Below are positions 8,587 to 17,894 of a stretch of 64,000 nt of DNA, piece by piece. The notes below the pieces were generated by a model. That model had not been told where the DNA came from, searched no databases, and was given only the letters and a program-made list of their open reading frames with translations. The stretch lies in contig CAWJET010000001.1 of assembly GCA_963842085.1 (NCBI GenBank), positions 2,752,001-2,816,000 of the forward strand, read 5' to 3'. The position numbers and the translations under genes are program-made. How positions within the stretch are numbered: position 1 is the stretch's first letter; every line of letters begins with the position of its first letter. Source of the DNA: an uncultured delta proteobacterium. GTDB lineage: Bacteria > Desulfobacterota > Binatia > Binatales > Binataceae.

Positions 8587-10110
8587 ATGGCGCCATCCAA
8601 AGAATCTTTCCGGCTGAGCACCCAAGACGCGTCGTTCCTCTATGGTGAGGCGGCTAATGGACCGTTGAATATGGCGATGCTTGGCACGTTCCGCAGCCAT
8701 ATCGACTTCAAGAGCCTGCGCGCGTACGTGGATGCGCGGATGCATCTGCTGCCCCGCTATCGTCAGCGGCTCGTGTTCGCGCCGCTCAACCTTGCCCATC
8801 CGAGCCTCGAAGACGACCCCGGCTTCGACCTCGCCAATCACATGTTCTGCCATGAGCTGCCGCTCGATTCGTCGGAAGCGGTGCTGATGAAGGCGGTGAT
8901 GCAGGTCTACGAAAAGCCGCTCGATCGCGGCAAGCCGTTGTGGGAACTCCACTTGTTCACCGGCCTGAGGGGTGGACACAGCGCGATCCTTACCAAGATT
9001 CATCATTGCCTTGCCGATGGGATTTCAGGAATGGAACTGCTCGCCGCGACGACGAGCACCCGCCCGGACGCTCCCGCGCCGACGCCTCCAGATGAGCCCT
9101 GGAGGGCGGCGCCGACTCCGGGGCGCGTGGAACGGGTTGCGTCTGCGCTCACCGACCTCGCGCGCTCGCGAATCGAGTTGGCGCGCCGCGCAGCCGACGC
9201 GATCACGAATTTGCGCGATTTGGACGAGCAGGCGTCCGCGCCGGCGGCGGTCGTGCAGACAATCCGGCGAATGGGTCAGCCGATCGTAGCGGCCCCGTGG
9301 AACGCCGCGACGGTGACGGCTGCGCGCACAGTGGCGTGGCTGCGATGCCCGCTTCACGACGTCGCCCGCATACGCACCACCTTCGGCGGGACCATCAACG
9401 ACGTGGTGCTGGCCATCCTGAGCGAAGGGGCCGCGCGCTACCTGGCGTTTCACGGCTGCCCCACCGAGGGGCGTCCTATCCGAATCGGATGTCCGGTGAA
9501 CGTCCGCGCGAAAGACGAATATGGGAAGCTCGGCAACCGCGTCTCGATGATGTTCCCCGAGTTCGACGCCCGGACGATGAACACCGTCGATCGACTGAAG
9601 GCGGTCATCGAGGAGACCTCGCGGATCAAGGCCGCCAAAGAGGCGCTCGCGTTCGAGAACCTGATGTCTGCGCTCGACTACGTCCCGCCGGCAGCACTCG
9701 GGCTGGCGTCGCGGCTGCTGACCTCGGCGATCGAAGTGGGAGGACGGCTCGCCGGCGCGGCGCCACGGCTGGCGCGGCGTGCGCCGATGCTCGGCACGGG
9801 CATCAGCTTCATCGCGACCAACATCCCGGGCTCGCCGGTGCCGGTCTATCTCGCGGGCCATCAGTTGGTCGATACGGTTGGCATGGTTCCGCTCACCGCG
9901 ACGCTCGGCTATGGCGTTACGATCCTGAGCTACAACCGCAACCTCTATTTGGCGCTGACGGCGGAGCCGAACCTGATGCCGGACGTGGGCTTCATGAAGT
10001 CGCGAATCAAGGAGACGCTGCGCGAGTTGATTGCGCGGGTACCGAAGGAGATCGTGCCGGCCGCGCCGTCTGCTGTGCCGGCCTCTGCCGCGATTCGCGA
10101 GGTCGCCTGA
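8587..10110 (+). CDS. Wax ester synthase / diacylglycerol acyltransferase (WS/DGAT)
   Basis: RLSTQDASFLYGE start, PRYRQRL, LDRGKPLWE, catalytic HHCLADG, TINDVVLA, LGNRVS, TNIPG. Confidence 0.9.
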   Translation: MAPSKESFRLSTQDASFLYGEAANGPLNMAMLGTFRSHIDFKSLRAYVDARMHLLPRYRQRLVFAPLNLAHPSLEDDPGFDLANHMFCHELPLDSSEAVLMKAVMQVYEKPLDRGKPLWELHLFTGLRGGHSAILTKIHHCLADGISGMELLAATTSTRPDAPAPTPPDEPWRAAPTPGRVERVASALTDLARSRIELARRAADAITNLRDLDEQASAPAAVVQTIRRMGQPIVAAPWNAATVTAARTVAWLRCPLHDVARIRTTFGGTINDVVLAILSEGAARYLAFHGCPTEGRPIRIGCPVNVRAKDEYGKLGNRVSMMFPEFDARTMNTVDRLKAVIEETSRIKAAKEALAFENLMSALDYVPPAALGLASRLLTSAIEVGGRLAGAAPRLARRAPMLGTGISFIATNIPGSPVPVYLAGHQLVDTVGMVPLTATLGYGVTILSYNRNLYLALTAEPNLMPDVGFMKSRIKETLRELIARVPKEIVPAAPSAVPASAAIREVA

Positions 10111-10146
10111 GCCGCGAGCGCTTGCTCCGGTTGCGCGTCCGCGACG

Positions 10147-10181
10147 AAAGTCCCCCGCTAACTGCGAGCGTGGGGGACTTT
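10147..10181. terminator. Hairpin between convergent WS/DGAT and ruvX
   Basis: AAAGTCCCCC...GGGGGACTTT inverted repeat overlapping the ruvX stop. Confidence 0.55.
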
Positions 10182-10592
10182 GTCCGGATGCGCTTGCATC
10201 CATCCTTCCAGGATGACGACTGCCGCAAGGGCGTCGACGCCGCTCTTGCGCGTGCCCTTCCTCGCCGGCATATCCGCCAGACGATCGCGGGCTTCGAAGC
10301 TTGTCAGCCGCTCGTCGAATAACTCGACGGTGACGCGCAGCTCGAGCGCGAGGTGCGCGGCGAACTTGCGCGCGGAGCGGGCCGCAGGGCCTTCGCTGCC
10401 ATCCATGTTGAGCGGCAGGCCGACGACGATCATGCTCACGCGGCGGTCACCAAGCATCTCGGCGATTGCGTCGAGGTCGCGCTTGAGTGCGCGCCGTTCG
10501 ACGATTCCCAGCGGATACGCACCCATCGAGGCCGCGTCGGTGACAGCAACCCCGATTCGACGGCTGCCGAGATCAAGCGCTGCTATTGGCAT
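10158..10592 (-). CDS. ruvX: RuvX/YqgF pre-16S rRNA nuclease
   Basis: ALDLGSRRIGVAVTD, VVGLPLNMDGSEG, DERLTS, VDALAAVVILEG. Confidence 0.95.
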   Translation of the reverse strand: MPIAALDLGSRRIGVAVTDAASMGAYPLGIVERRALKRDLDAIAEMLGDRRVSMIVVGLPLNMDGSEGPAARSARKFAAHLALELRVTVELFDERLTSFEARDRLADMPARKGTRKSGVDALAAVVILEGWMQAHPDKVPHARS

Positions 10593-10706
10593 CCGCGTCC
10601 CTCTCCAATCGCGTCGGGTGCGCTTGATACTCACGATTCATAGATGATCTCCCTCGTCTGGCGGGACAGTAACAATTTTTATGGCCGCTGATACTATAGG
10701 TGCCGC

Positions 10707-11819
10707 ATGCGTTCCCCGGCGCTTTGTTTTGCGAATGTCGTATTGGCGGTGCTGCTCTGCCCTGCATCGGCGTGGGCCTGGGGAAATGACGGGCACGAAA
10801 TCGTTGCAGTCATCGCGGCTGATAATCTCACGCCGGCGGCGGCGAGCCACGTGGCAAACATCCTGGACGTGCCCGCGAATAAAAGAGCAATTGCAACCGC
10901 GATGGAGGCGTCTTCGATCCGTCCGGATACCGAATTCCGCGATGAAGATAAATCGACCGCCTCGTGGCATTTTATCGACATTTGTCTGCAGGACCGGCGA
11001 ACCGACGTTCCGGCGCGATGCCCCGGCGGCAACTGCATAACCCGGAAAATTGACGAATACTCCAAGCGCTTGAAAGAGGGGAAGTACGACCGATGGGGTG
11101 CGGCCGATGATTTGGCGTTCCTGATTCATTTTGTCGGTGACATCCACCAACCGTTGCACGCCGCGAATGACGAAGACCGCGGCGGCAATTGCGTGACCGT
11201 CGATTCGCGTTATCGAGAAACGAATCTTCACGCCATTTGGGACACCACTGTCGTGCGCCGCCTCGAATACGATATCGATTCCGGAAGGCCCGAGACTACA
11301 GCCCACAAGTTGGAACGAACATATGCGGATGAGAAAGAGGCCGATTCGTGGATTCCTGCAGACGATATCGCATGGGGATCGAATCAAATTGCGCGTTCCG
11401 ACATCTACGCCGCGCTGCAAATCCGGATCGAACCCTGCCAACCCACAGCCGATGTATGCCGCAATCCCTTAGGCCATCCCGTTGAGCTCAACGCTGCTTA
11501 CCTGGACCACGCTGACGCGGTCGCGGGTCATCAGCTTGCGAAAGCGGGATTCAGGCTGGCGAGCCTCTTGAATGAGATCTGGACACAGCCCGTTCGTCCG
11601 AACGATGCGACGGGTGCCGCGAAAGCCAATTCGGCCCCGGCGGAAGTTCCTCCGTCGGATACCGCATTGGGCCAAATCGTCGGTAATCGACGAAGCAAGA
11701 TTTACGCGTGGCCGGGGTGCGGAAGCTACGACAAGATGGCGCCTGGGAATCGAGTCGTGTTTCCCAGTCGTGGAGCGGCGGAACAGGCGGGGTTTCGGGC
11801 GGCTCGGAATTGTCCTTAA
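10707..11819 (+). CDS. Exported S1/P1 nuclease with C-terminal Ada-like metal-binding domain
   Basis: Signal peptide then WGNDGH, WHFID, HFVGDIHQPLH, NLHAIWD zinc motifs; C-terminus GNRRSKIY..PGC..Y..M...NRVVF.S...AEQAGFRAARNCP. Confidence 0.9.
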   Translation: MRSPALCFANVVLAVLLCPASAWAWGNDGHEIVAVIAADNLTPAAASHVANILDVPANKRAIATAMEASSIRPDTEFRDEDKSTASWHFIDICLQDRRTDVPARCPGGNCITRKIDEYSKRLKEGKYDRWGAADDLAFLIHFVGDIHQPLHAANDEDRGGNCVTVDSRYRETNLHAIWDTTVVRRLEYDIDSGRPETTAHKLERTYADEKEADSWIPADDIAWGSNQIARSDIYAALQIRIEPCQPTADVCRNPLGHPVELNAAYLDHADAVAGHQLAKAGFRLASLLNEIWTQPVRPNDATGAAKANSAPAEVPPSDTALGQIVGNRRSKIYAWPGCGSYDKMAPGNRVVFPSRGAAEQAGFRAARNCP

Positions 11820-11934
11820 CGGTGCCAATCTAACGACGGATGCGTGAATTGGTGTCGCTGCCGTAACCGGAACATCAAATATCTGACATGTTGGGGTTGC
11901 GTTGAGTCGCCAAATCACTTACGTTCGCTAAACG

Positions 11935-13413
11935 ATGGCGGCTCGGGGGAGAAGCTTCGCGGGATATCCACGCGCGTTGGTGGGGTTGGTCGTTGCCCTG
12001 GTCGCGACCACCACCGCTCTGTTTCTTTTTTTTCAAACAAATCCGCAGGTTTTTTCCTCGCCGCTCGACACGCTCAGCTCCGAAATGGACGCCGGCAAGG
12101 AGATTCCTGACGTAGTCGAACAATCCGAATCCGCCCAGCCCGCTCCTCCATCGATCACAATCAGCACGACGCTCGATCGTACCGCGCCCATCGAGAGCTA
12201 CCTGCGCGAAGCCGGGATGGAGCCGGCCGACGCGCACCAGTGGGCGTCGTACCTCCAGCGCATCCTCGCGAACCGGTATTTTCACAGCGGGCATCCGCTG
12301 ACGCTATACAAGGATCCCGAGACCGGCGAGATGCGCGGGCTCAAATACGATCTTGACGAAAAGACCGCGGTGACCGCGGCGAGCCTCGGCGCAGGCGTGC
12401 TGAAGGCCGGGCTGCGGCCCATCGAATATTTCATTCGGCCGATCAAGATGACGTTCGGGGTCAAGGACAGCTTTCAGCATGCGGCCGCTGAGAACGGGAT
12501 ACCCAAGCCAATTGTTGAATCGCTGCAGGACGCCTTCTCGGACCGCCACGATCTCAACCGGCTGGCGCCCGGGTCGGCGGTCAAGTTGATTTACGACGAA
12601 AAGGTGAGCCGCGACGGCTCGTACACGCTGGTCGGCGGCGTGCAGGCGGCGCAAATCCGGTTTGGCAGCCGCACGTTGACGGCGATCTCGTTTGCGGACG
12701 AGCAGGGCCGCCCGCATTTGTATGACGAACAAGGACATGCGCTCGGTCCGCAGTCGCTGAAGTTTCCGCTCAATTTTGAGTACATATCTTCCGGCTTCAC
12801 GTTCCATCGCTATCATCCGATTCTGCACGAGTTCCGCCCGCATTTCGGTGTCGACCTGGTGGCGAAATACGGCGAGCCGGTCAAAGCCGTTGCCGATGGC
12901 CAGGTTATAAGCGCCGGATGGCAGGGCGAGCTCGGCAATTGCATCCGCCTCCAGCATCAGCATGAGATGGTCAGCCTTTACGGTCATCTGTCGAAGATTA
13001 GTCCCGAGGTGAGGCCGGGCGCCTACGTCCATGTCGGGCAGGTGATTGGCAATGTCGGTTCGACCGGCCTGTCGACCGGGCCGCATCTCCACTTCGGGAT
13101 GGAAAAAGCGGGAATGTGGGTCAATCCCCTGACCGAGAAACTCGGCGAGAATCACCAGGTGTCGCCGCGGATGAAGGCGCTGTTCGACGACATCAAGGAC
13201 CAATACCAATCCGCGCTGGCCGAACTTCCCGACCTCGGCAGCCACTTCATCGCGTCCGGAGAGCGCAAGCCCGCAATCTCGAAGTTCGCCGACATGTACC
13301 ACGTGACGCTCGGCCGCAGCTTGGGCAGGAGCAGGCATCTGCGGGGACAGAGAATTTCGAGCCTCCGCAGCGGCCGGGCGCTCGGAGCCGCACAGTCCGA
13401 CGGCGCTCTTTGA
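11935..13413 (+). CDS. M23 family peptidoglycan endopeptidase (MepM-like)
   Basis: N-terminal TM; ISSGF..HRYHPIL, HFGVD (HxxxD), YGHLS, GSTGLSTGPHLHF. Confidence 0.9.
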   Translation: MAARGRSFAGYPRALVGLVVALVATTTALFLFFQTNPQVFSSPLDTLSSEMDAGKEIPDVVEQSESAQPAPPSITISTTLDRTAPIESYLREAGMEPADAHQWASYLQRILANRYFHSGHPLTLYKDPETGEMRGLKYDLDEKTAVTAASLGAGVLKAGLRPIEYFIRPIKMTFGVKDSFQHAAAENGIPKPIVESLQDAFSDRHDLNRLAPGSAVKLIYDEKVSRDGSYTLVGGVQAAQIRFGSRTLTAISFADEQGRPHLYDEQGHALGPQSLKFPLNFEYISSGFTFHRYHPILHEFRPHFGVDLVAKYGEPVKAVADGQVISAGWQGELGNCIRLQHQHEMVSLYGHLSKISPEVRPGAYVHVGQVIGNVGSTGLSTGPHLHFGMEKAGMWVNPLTEKLGENHQVSPRMKALFDDIKDQYQSALAELPDLGSHFIASGERKPAISKFADMYHVTLGRSLGRSRHLRGQRISSLRSGRALGAAQSDGAL

Positions 13414-13510
13414 TCTGAACGTCCCTACGTTTTCGCTCCAATCTTCCGCCGCCGTTGCCAGTTCGCGGTTTCCCGGCTACTGCTGAGAGCGCGACGCGTC
13501 GCATCTGAAA

Positions 13511-14323
13511 ATGCGCGAGCATCCGAATACCGACTTCTTCACGCCCGCGGCGCCGCGCGTTTTTGGGCATCGCGGTTCCGCCGGCACGCATCCCGAGAAT
13601 ACGCTCGAATCGTTTGGGGCCGCCGCCGCGAGCGGCGCCGAGTATCTCGAATTCGACATCCACATGACGCGCGACGGCGAAGTCGTTGTCAGTCACGACG
13701 ACCATCTGGAGCGCACCTGCGGACGCACCGGCGTCATCCGCGAGATGACATACGCCGAGCTCGCGGCGGCGGACGCGGGCCGGACGTTCACGCTCGACAG
13801 CGCAACATTTCCATTCAGGGACAAGGGCATCCGCGTGCCGCGCCTGGCCGAGGTCCTGGCGGCTTTTCCAAAAATGCGGATGATAGTGGAGGTCAAGCAG
13901 ATAGCACCAAGCGTGGTCGCCCCGATGCTCGACGTGATCGATCGCGCCGGGATGCGCCGCAACGTGCTCGTCGCCAGCGAGCATCAGCAGCCGCTCGACG
14001 AGGTCCGGATGCTGGCGCCGGAAATTCCGACAAACTTTTCGTATCTCGAAGCGGGCGGATTCTTTCAGGCGATGGTGAGCCGCGACAACTATCGGCCGCC
14101 CGGCGACGCACTTCAAATCTCGCACTTTTACGAGAACTGGGAACTGGTCACTCGCCAGAGTGTCGAATTCGCGCACAGCGTTGGAATCGAAATGCACGTC
14201 TGGACGGTGAACGAGGAAGCCGAGATGCGGCAACTGCTCGACATGGGCGTCGACGGCCTGATCAGCGACTATCCACGCCGCGCGCTCGATGTGATTCGCC
14301 GGCGCGCATCTGCACAGCGCTGA
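13511..14323 (+). CDS. Glycerophosphodiester phosphodiesterase
   Basis: GHRG...PENT, EFDIHMTRDG.VVVSHD, VWTVN, GVDGLISDYP. Confidence 0.92.
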   Translation: MREHPNTDFFTPAAPRVFGHRGSAGTHPENTLESFGAAAASGAEYLEFDIHMTRDGEVVVSHDDHLERTCGRTGVIREMTYAELAAADAGRTFTLDSATFPFRDKGIRVPRLAEVLAAFPKMRMIVEVKQIAPSVVAPMLDVIDRAGMRRNVLVASEHQQPLDEVRMLAPEIPTNFSYLEAGGFFQAMVSRDNYRPPGDALQISHFYENWELVTRQSVEFAHSVGIEMHVWTVNEEAEMRQLLDMGVDGLISDYPRRALDVIRRRASAQR

Positions 14324-14416
14324 GCGCGCTTTTCTATCTGCCGCCGGCTTTGCCAGTTTGGCGCGGGCTTTGTTACGATTTCGCCCGCTCATCGAAGATT
14401 TACGCGGGAGAAAATT

Positions 14417-15436
14417 ATGAAACTCGATACCGGTCTCTCGACGCGCAATTTGCGCGATGTTCCGGCCGCCGCGCGCGCGGCAGAAGCGGCTGGATTCGAT
14501 GCGATCTGGATCCCCGAGGCCGGCAACGACGGTTTCCTCCCCGCCGCGCTGATCGCGGAGCATACCAGGCGAATCAAAATGGGGACGTCGGTTGCGATTG
14601 CGTTTCCGCGCAGCCCGATGATTACCGCGGCGACTGCGTGGGATCTCGCCGGACTTTCGGAGGGCCGGTTCATCCTCGGGCTCGGCACCCAGGTGAAGGG
14701 CCATATCGAGCGGCGCTACAGCACCAAGTGGGAAGCGCCGGTGCCGCGCCTGCGCGAGTACCTGCTGTCGCTTCGTGCGATTTTCAAATGCTGGTCGGAG
14801 GGCGGCGCGAAGCTTTCGTTCCAGGGCAAGTACTACAACTTCTCGCTGATGACGCCGTTCTTCACTCCCGCCAGGCACAACTTTCCCAACGTGCCGATTC
14901 ACATCGCGGGCGTCAACGAACATGTCATCCGGCTCGCCGGCGAACTGTGCGAGGGCCTGCATGCGCATCCGTTCAACTCGCCCAAGTACCTGCGCGAATT
15001 CGTACTGCCGAACGTCGAGAAGGGGCTAAAAAAGGCGGGGCGTGCGCGCAAGGACTTCGAAATCCAATCGACGGCGTTCGTGATCACCGGGCGCAACCAG
15101 GACGAAATAAAAAAAGCGCGCGAAGCGGTCCGGCAGCAGATCTCGTTCTACGCCTCAACGCGCACCTACAAGGTCGTGCTCGACATGCATGGATGGGGCG
15201 ACGTCGCGCAGCGGCTGAACGAAAAGGCGGCCAAGGGCGAGTGGGTCGCGATGGCCAAAGAGATCACGGACGAGATGCTCGACGTGTACACGGTCGCGGG
15301 CACCTACGACGAAATCGCGGACAAGGTGATGCAGCGTTACGGCGGGCTGCTCGACCGGGTCGCGTTTTACCTCCCGTATCGCGCGGGAACCGACGACGCC
15401 GAGTGGGCAAAGCTTGCGAAGCGATTCAATGGCTGA
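14417..15436 (+). CDS. LLM-class, probably F420-dependent oxidoreductase (TIGR03617-like)
   Basis: VAIAFPRSPM, GRFILGLGTQVKGHIERRY, FSLMTPFF, QISFYASTRTY. Confidence 0.85.
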   Translation: MKLDTGLSTRNLRDVPAAARAAEAAGFDAIWIPEAGNDGFLPAALIAEHTRRIKMGTSVAIAFPRSPMITAATAWDLAGLSEGRFILGLGTQVKGHIERRYSTKWEAPVPRLREYLLSLRAIFKCWSEGGAKLSFQGKYYNFSLMTPFFTPARHNFPNVPIHIAGVNEHVIRLAGELCEGLHAHPFNSPKYLREFVLPNVEKGLKKAGRARKDFEIQSTAFVITGRNQDEIKKAREAVRQQISFYASTRTYKVVLDMHGWGDVAQRLNEKAAKGEWVAMAKEITDEMLDVYTVAGTYDEIADKVMQRYGGLLDRVAFYLPYRAGTDDAEWAKLAKRFNG

Positions 15437-15493
15437 GTCTCACCATCGTCGTGACAGATTTTCTTGAATCGGCTTAACAAGGAGAGAACTTCG

Positions 15494-15925
15494 ATGAGCA
15501 AGGCAAGGTTGAAAACGATGGCCGCGATTGCGGCCGTGGCGGCGTTGATGCTCCCGAGCGTTAGCCGAATCGCAATGGCGCAGGGCGCAGCTCCCTCAGC
15601 CGCCGCGGCGCCCGCGATGGAAGAACCCGGCACGAGGAGCTTCAAGCTCGTCTCAGTCGAGGTGGATGGCGCGAAAATCTGGCTGCCCAGCGTGATCGCG
15701 GTCGAGCAGGGCGACAAGGTAAAGCTCACGCTCGAGAACCTGGTGCCGGGCGCGTCGAATCAGCACGGCTTTACGATTCCGGCATACAACATCACGGAAG
15801 TCGTGACCCGCGGCGAACCCAAGACGGTCACGTTCGTCGCCGACAAGCCGGGCGTATACCAGTACTTCTGTCAGTTGCATCCCGCGCACATCGGCGGTTC
15901 GCTAATCGTCGAACCCGGGAAGTAG
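15494..15925 (+). CDS. Exported cupredoxin, nitrosocyanin-like
   Basis: Signal peptide; PSVIAVEQGDKVKLTLEN, HGFTI, FVADKPGVY.YFCQLHPAH. Confidence 0.8.
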   Translation: MSKARLKTMAAIAAVAALMLPSVSRIAMAQGAAPSAAAAPAMEEPGTRSFKLVSVEVDGAKIWLPSVIAVEQGDKVKLTLENLVPGASNQHGFTIPAYNITEVVTRGEPKTVTFVADKPGVYQYFCQLHPAHIGGSLIVEPGK

Positions 15926-16005
15926 CAGGCGCGGGAGCTTGGGTTGCGTCTCGCCGGCGCGTCCCCGATGCCATCGGCGCGCGAAAGGGCTAGGCTTGAT
16001 CGCAC

Positions 16006-16830
16006 ATGCGCACGGTAGTCCTCTATGCGCGCTCGCCGGATTGGCGCGCAGTGGTCGAGCGCGCCGACCAGTTGATGGCGTCGCCGGATTTTCGCGTGCT
16101 CAAGACTGAAGGACGGACGCGCGCGGGATTTCTCGACGTTCCCGGCGCGGGGACCGCGTTTATAAAGCGCGTCGAGGTTCCGTCATGGAGCCGCGGCGTG
16201 TACGCGCGACTTCGGGGATCTCGCGCCAGGCGATCGCTCGCGGGCGCGTTGATGCTCGAGGCGCACGGGATCGCGCATCCGCAGCCGCTGGCGGCGATGG
16301 ATTTGTATCAAGCGGGTGCGATTCGAGCCTCGTATGTCGTCAGCCGCGCGCTCGTCAACGCCGACTCTCTGAGCCGCTTCATGCTCGGGCCGGGAGAAAT
16401 CAAGGGGCGCAACGTGCATCGGCGTAAACAAATCTCCGACGCGGTGGCCGCGCAAATTCGGCGCCTCCACGAGTCCGGGCTTTACACGCGCGATCTGCAA
16501 GAGACCAACATCATGGTCGAGGAAAACGAGGCTGGCGGCTTCAACGTGTACTTCATCGACCTCGAGGATTTCCGCCGCGCCGCCAACGTCTCGTGGGACC
16601 GCAGAGTTACGAACCTGGTGCATCTCGATCGCAGCATCGGGCGATTTCTCTGCCGCGCGGCGCGCCTCGATTTTCTGTACTCCTACCTGGGGCATCGGCC
16701 CGACCGCGCGGCCGCGCGCAGGATGGTTGCCGAAGTCAAGGCGACGCGCGAGTCGATCGATCGCCGCAAGCGCCGCGGCGCGCCGGCTGCCGAGCGGGTC
16801 GTGGCGCCGCTTGCTGGAGGAACAAAGTAG
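16006..16830 (+). CDS. Kdo/WaaP/InaA-family LPS kinase-like protein
   Basis: AFIKR, SRARR, LHESGLYTRDLQETNIMV, FIDLED, NLVHLDRS. Confidence 0.75.
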   Translation: MRTVVLYARSPDWRAVVERADQLMASPDFRVLKTEGRTRAGFLDVPGAGTAFIKRVEVPSWSRGVYARLRGSRARRSLAGALMLEAHGIAHPQPLAAMDLYQAGAIRASYVVSRALVNADSLSRFMLGPGEIKGRNVHRRKQISDAVAAQIRRLHESGLYTRDLQETNIMVEENEAGGFNVYFIDLEDFRRAANVSWDRRVTNLVHLDRSIGRFLCRAARLDFLYSYLGHRPDRAAARRMVAEVKATRESIDRRKRRGAPAAERVVAPLAGGTK

Positions 16831-17552
16831 TGGCTTTTTCGATCCTCAGCCGCGAGTACGACCATCACACCGAGCAGGTCCACGCCGCCGGCGGAAGCTG
16901 GGTGCGCGACTTGATGCTGGGGCTGAACGACGGATTGGTCGCGTCGTTCGCGGTCACCTCCGGCGTGGCGGGCGCATTCGTGACCGGCAACGCGGCGATG
17001 ATGGCGGGGCTGTCGGAGATGCTCGGCGGCGCGGTCGCGATGGGGCTCGCGGCATTCATCTCGGCGCGCTCGCAGATCGAATTCTACAAGAGCGAGATAG
17101 AACGCGAGCACGACGAAATCCGCCGATGGCCCGAACGCGAGCGCGAAGAGATCAGCACCATCTATCGAAAAAAAGGATTCGCGGGGCCGCTGCTGGATCA
17201 GATTGTCGCGCACATCACTTCAGATCCCCAGCGCTGGAGCAACGTCATGATGCGCGAGGAGCTGGGCTTCAACGAAGAATCGTTCGACAACCCGATCCGC
17301 TCCGCGTTTGCCGTCGGCTTGTCATATCTCACCGGCGCGGCAGTGCCGGTGTGGGCGTATATTTTCTTTGAGCCGGGCCAGGCGCTGAAAGTGTCGGCCA
17401 TCTCGACGGTCGCGGTGCTGTTCGCGGTCGGCGCGCTCAAGACGATCATCACCAGCCGTTCATGGTGGCGCAGCGGACTTGAAAGCATGTTGGTCGGAGT
17501 AGCAGCGGCGGGTGCGACTTACGCCGCGGGCCGCATGTTTGCCGCGCGCTGA
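16830..17552 (+). CDS. VIT1/CCC1 iron/manganese transporter
   Basis: RDLMLGLNDGLV, AGLSEMLGGAVAMG, EREEISTIY..KG, MMREELG; GTG start overlaps the kinase stop. Confidence 0.9.
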   Translation: MAFSILSREYDHHTEQVHAAGGSWVRDLMLGLNDGLVASFAVTSGVAGAFVTGNAAMMAGLSEMLGGAVAMGLAAFISARSQIEFYKSEIEREHDEIRRWPEREREEISTIYRKKGFAGPLLDQIVAHITSDPQRWSNVMMREELGFNEESFDNPIRSAFAVGLSYLTGAAVPVWAYIFFEPGQALKVSAISTVAVLFAVGALKTIITSRSWWRSGLESMLVGVAAAGATYAAGRMFAAR

Positions 17553-17572
17553 GTCTCCGCGCGGTGCGCGCG

Positions 17573-17878
17573 TTACGCTTCGACGAGAATGTCGTCGCCG
17601 TCGGCCTTCACCGCGTAACATCCGAGCTTGACGCTCGGGTCGTCGAGGTTCGCGCCAGTCGTGACGTCGTACTCCCATCCGTGCCACGGGCAGGTGACGG
17701 TGGTGCCGTCGAGCTCGCCCTCGGCGAGCGGGCCGCCGCGATGCTTGCAGGTGTTGTCGATCGCGTAGAATTTCCCGCCCGCGTTGAACAGCGCGATCTG
17801 TTTGCCCGCGGCTTCGACAAGTTTGGCGCTGCCCTCGGGCAGGTCAGCCACCTTTGCAACTTTGATGAAGCTTGCCAT
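17573..17878 (-). CDS. Rieske [2Fe-2S] ferredoxin
   Basis: CKH...CPWHGW motifs. Confidence 0.93.
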   Translation of the reverse strand: MASFIKVAKVADLPEGSAKLVEAAGKQIALFNAGGKFYAIDNTCKHRGGPLAEGELDGTTVTCPWHGWEYDVTTGANLDDPSVKLGCYAVKADGDDILVEA

Positions 17879-17894
17879 CCGGATTTGCCTCCGC

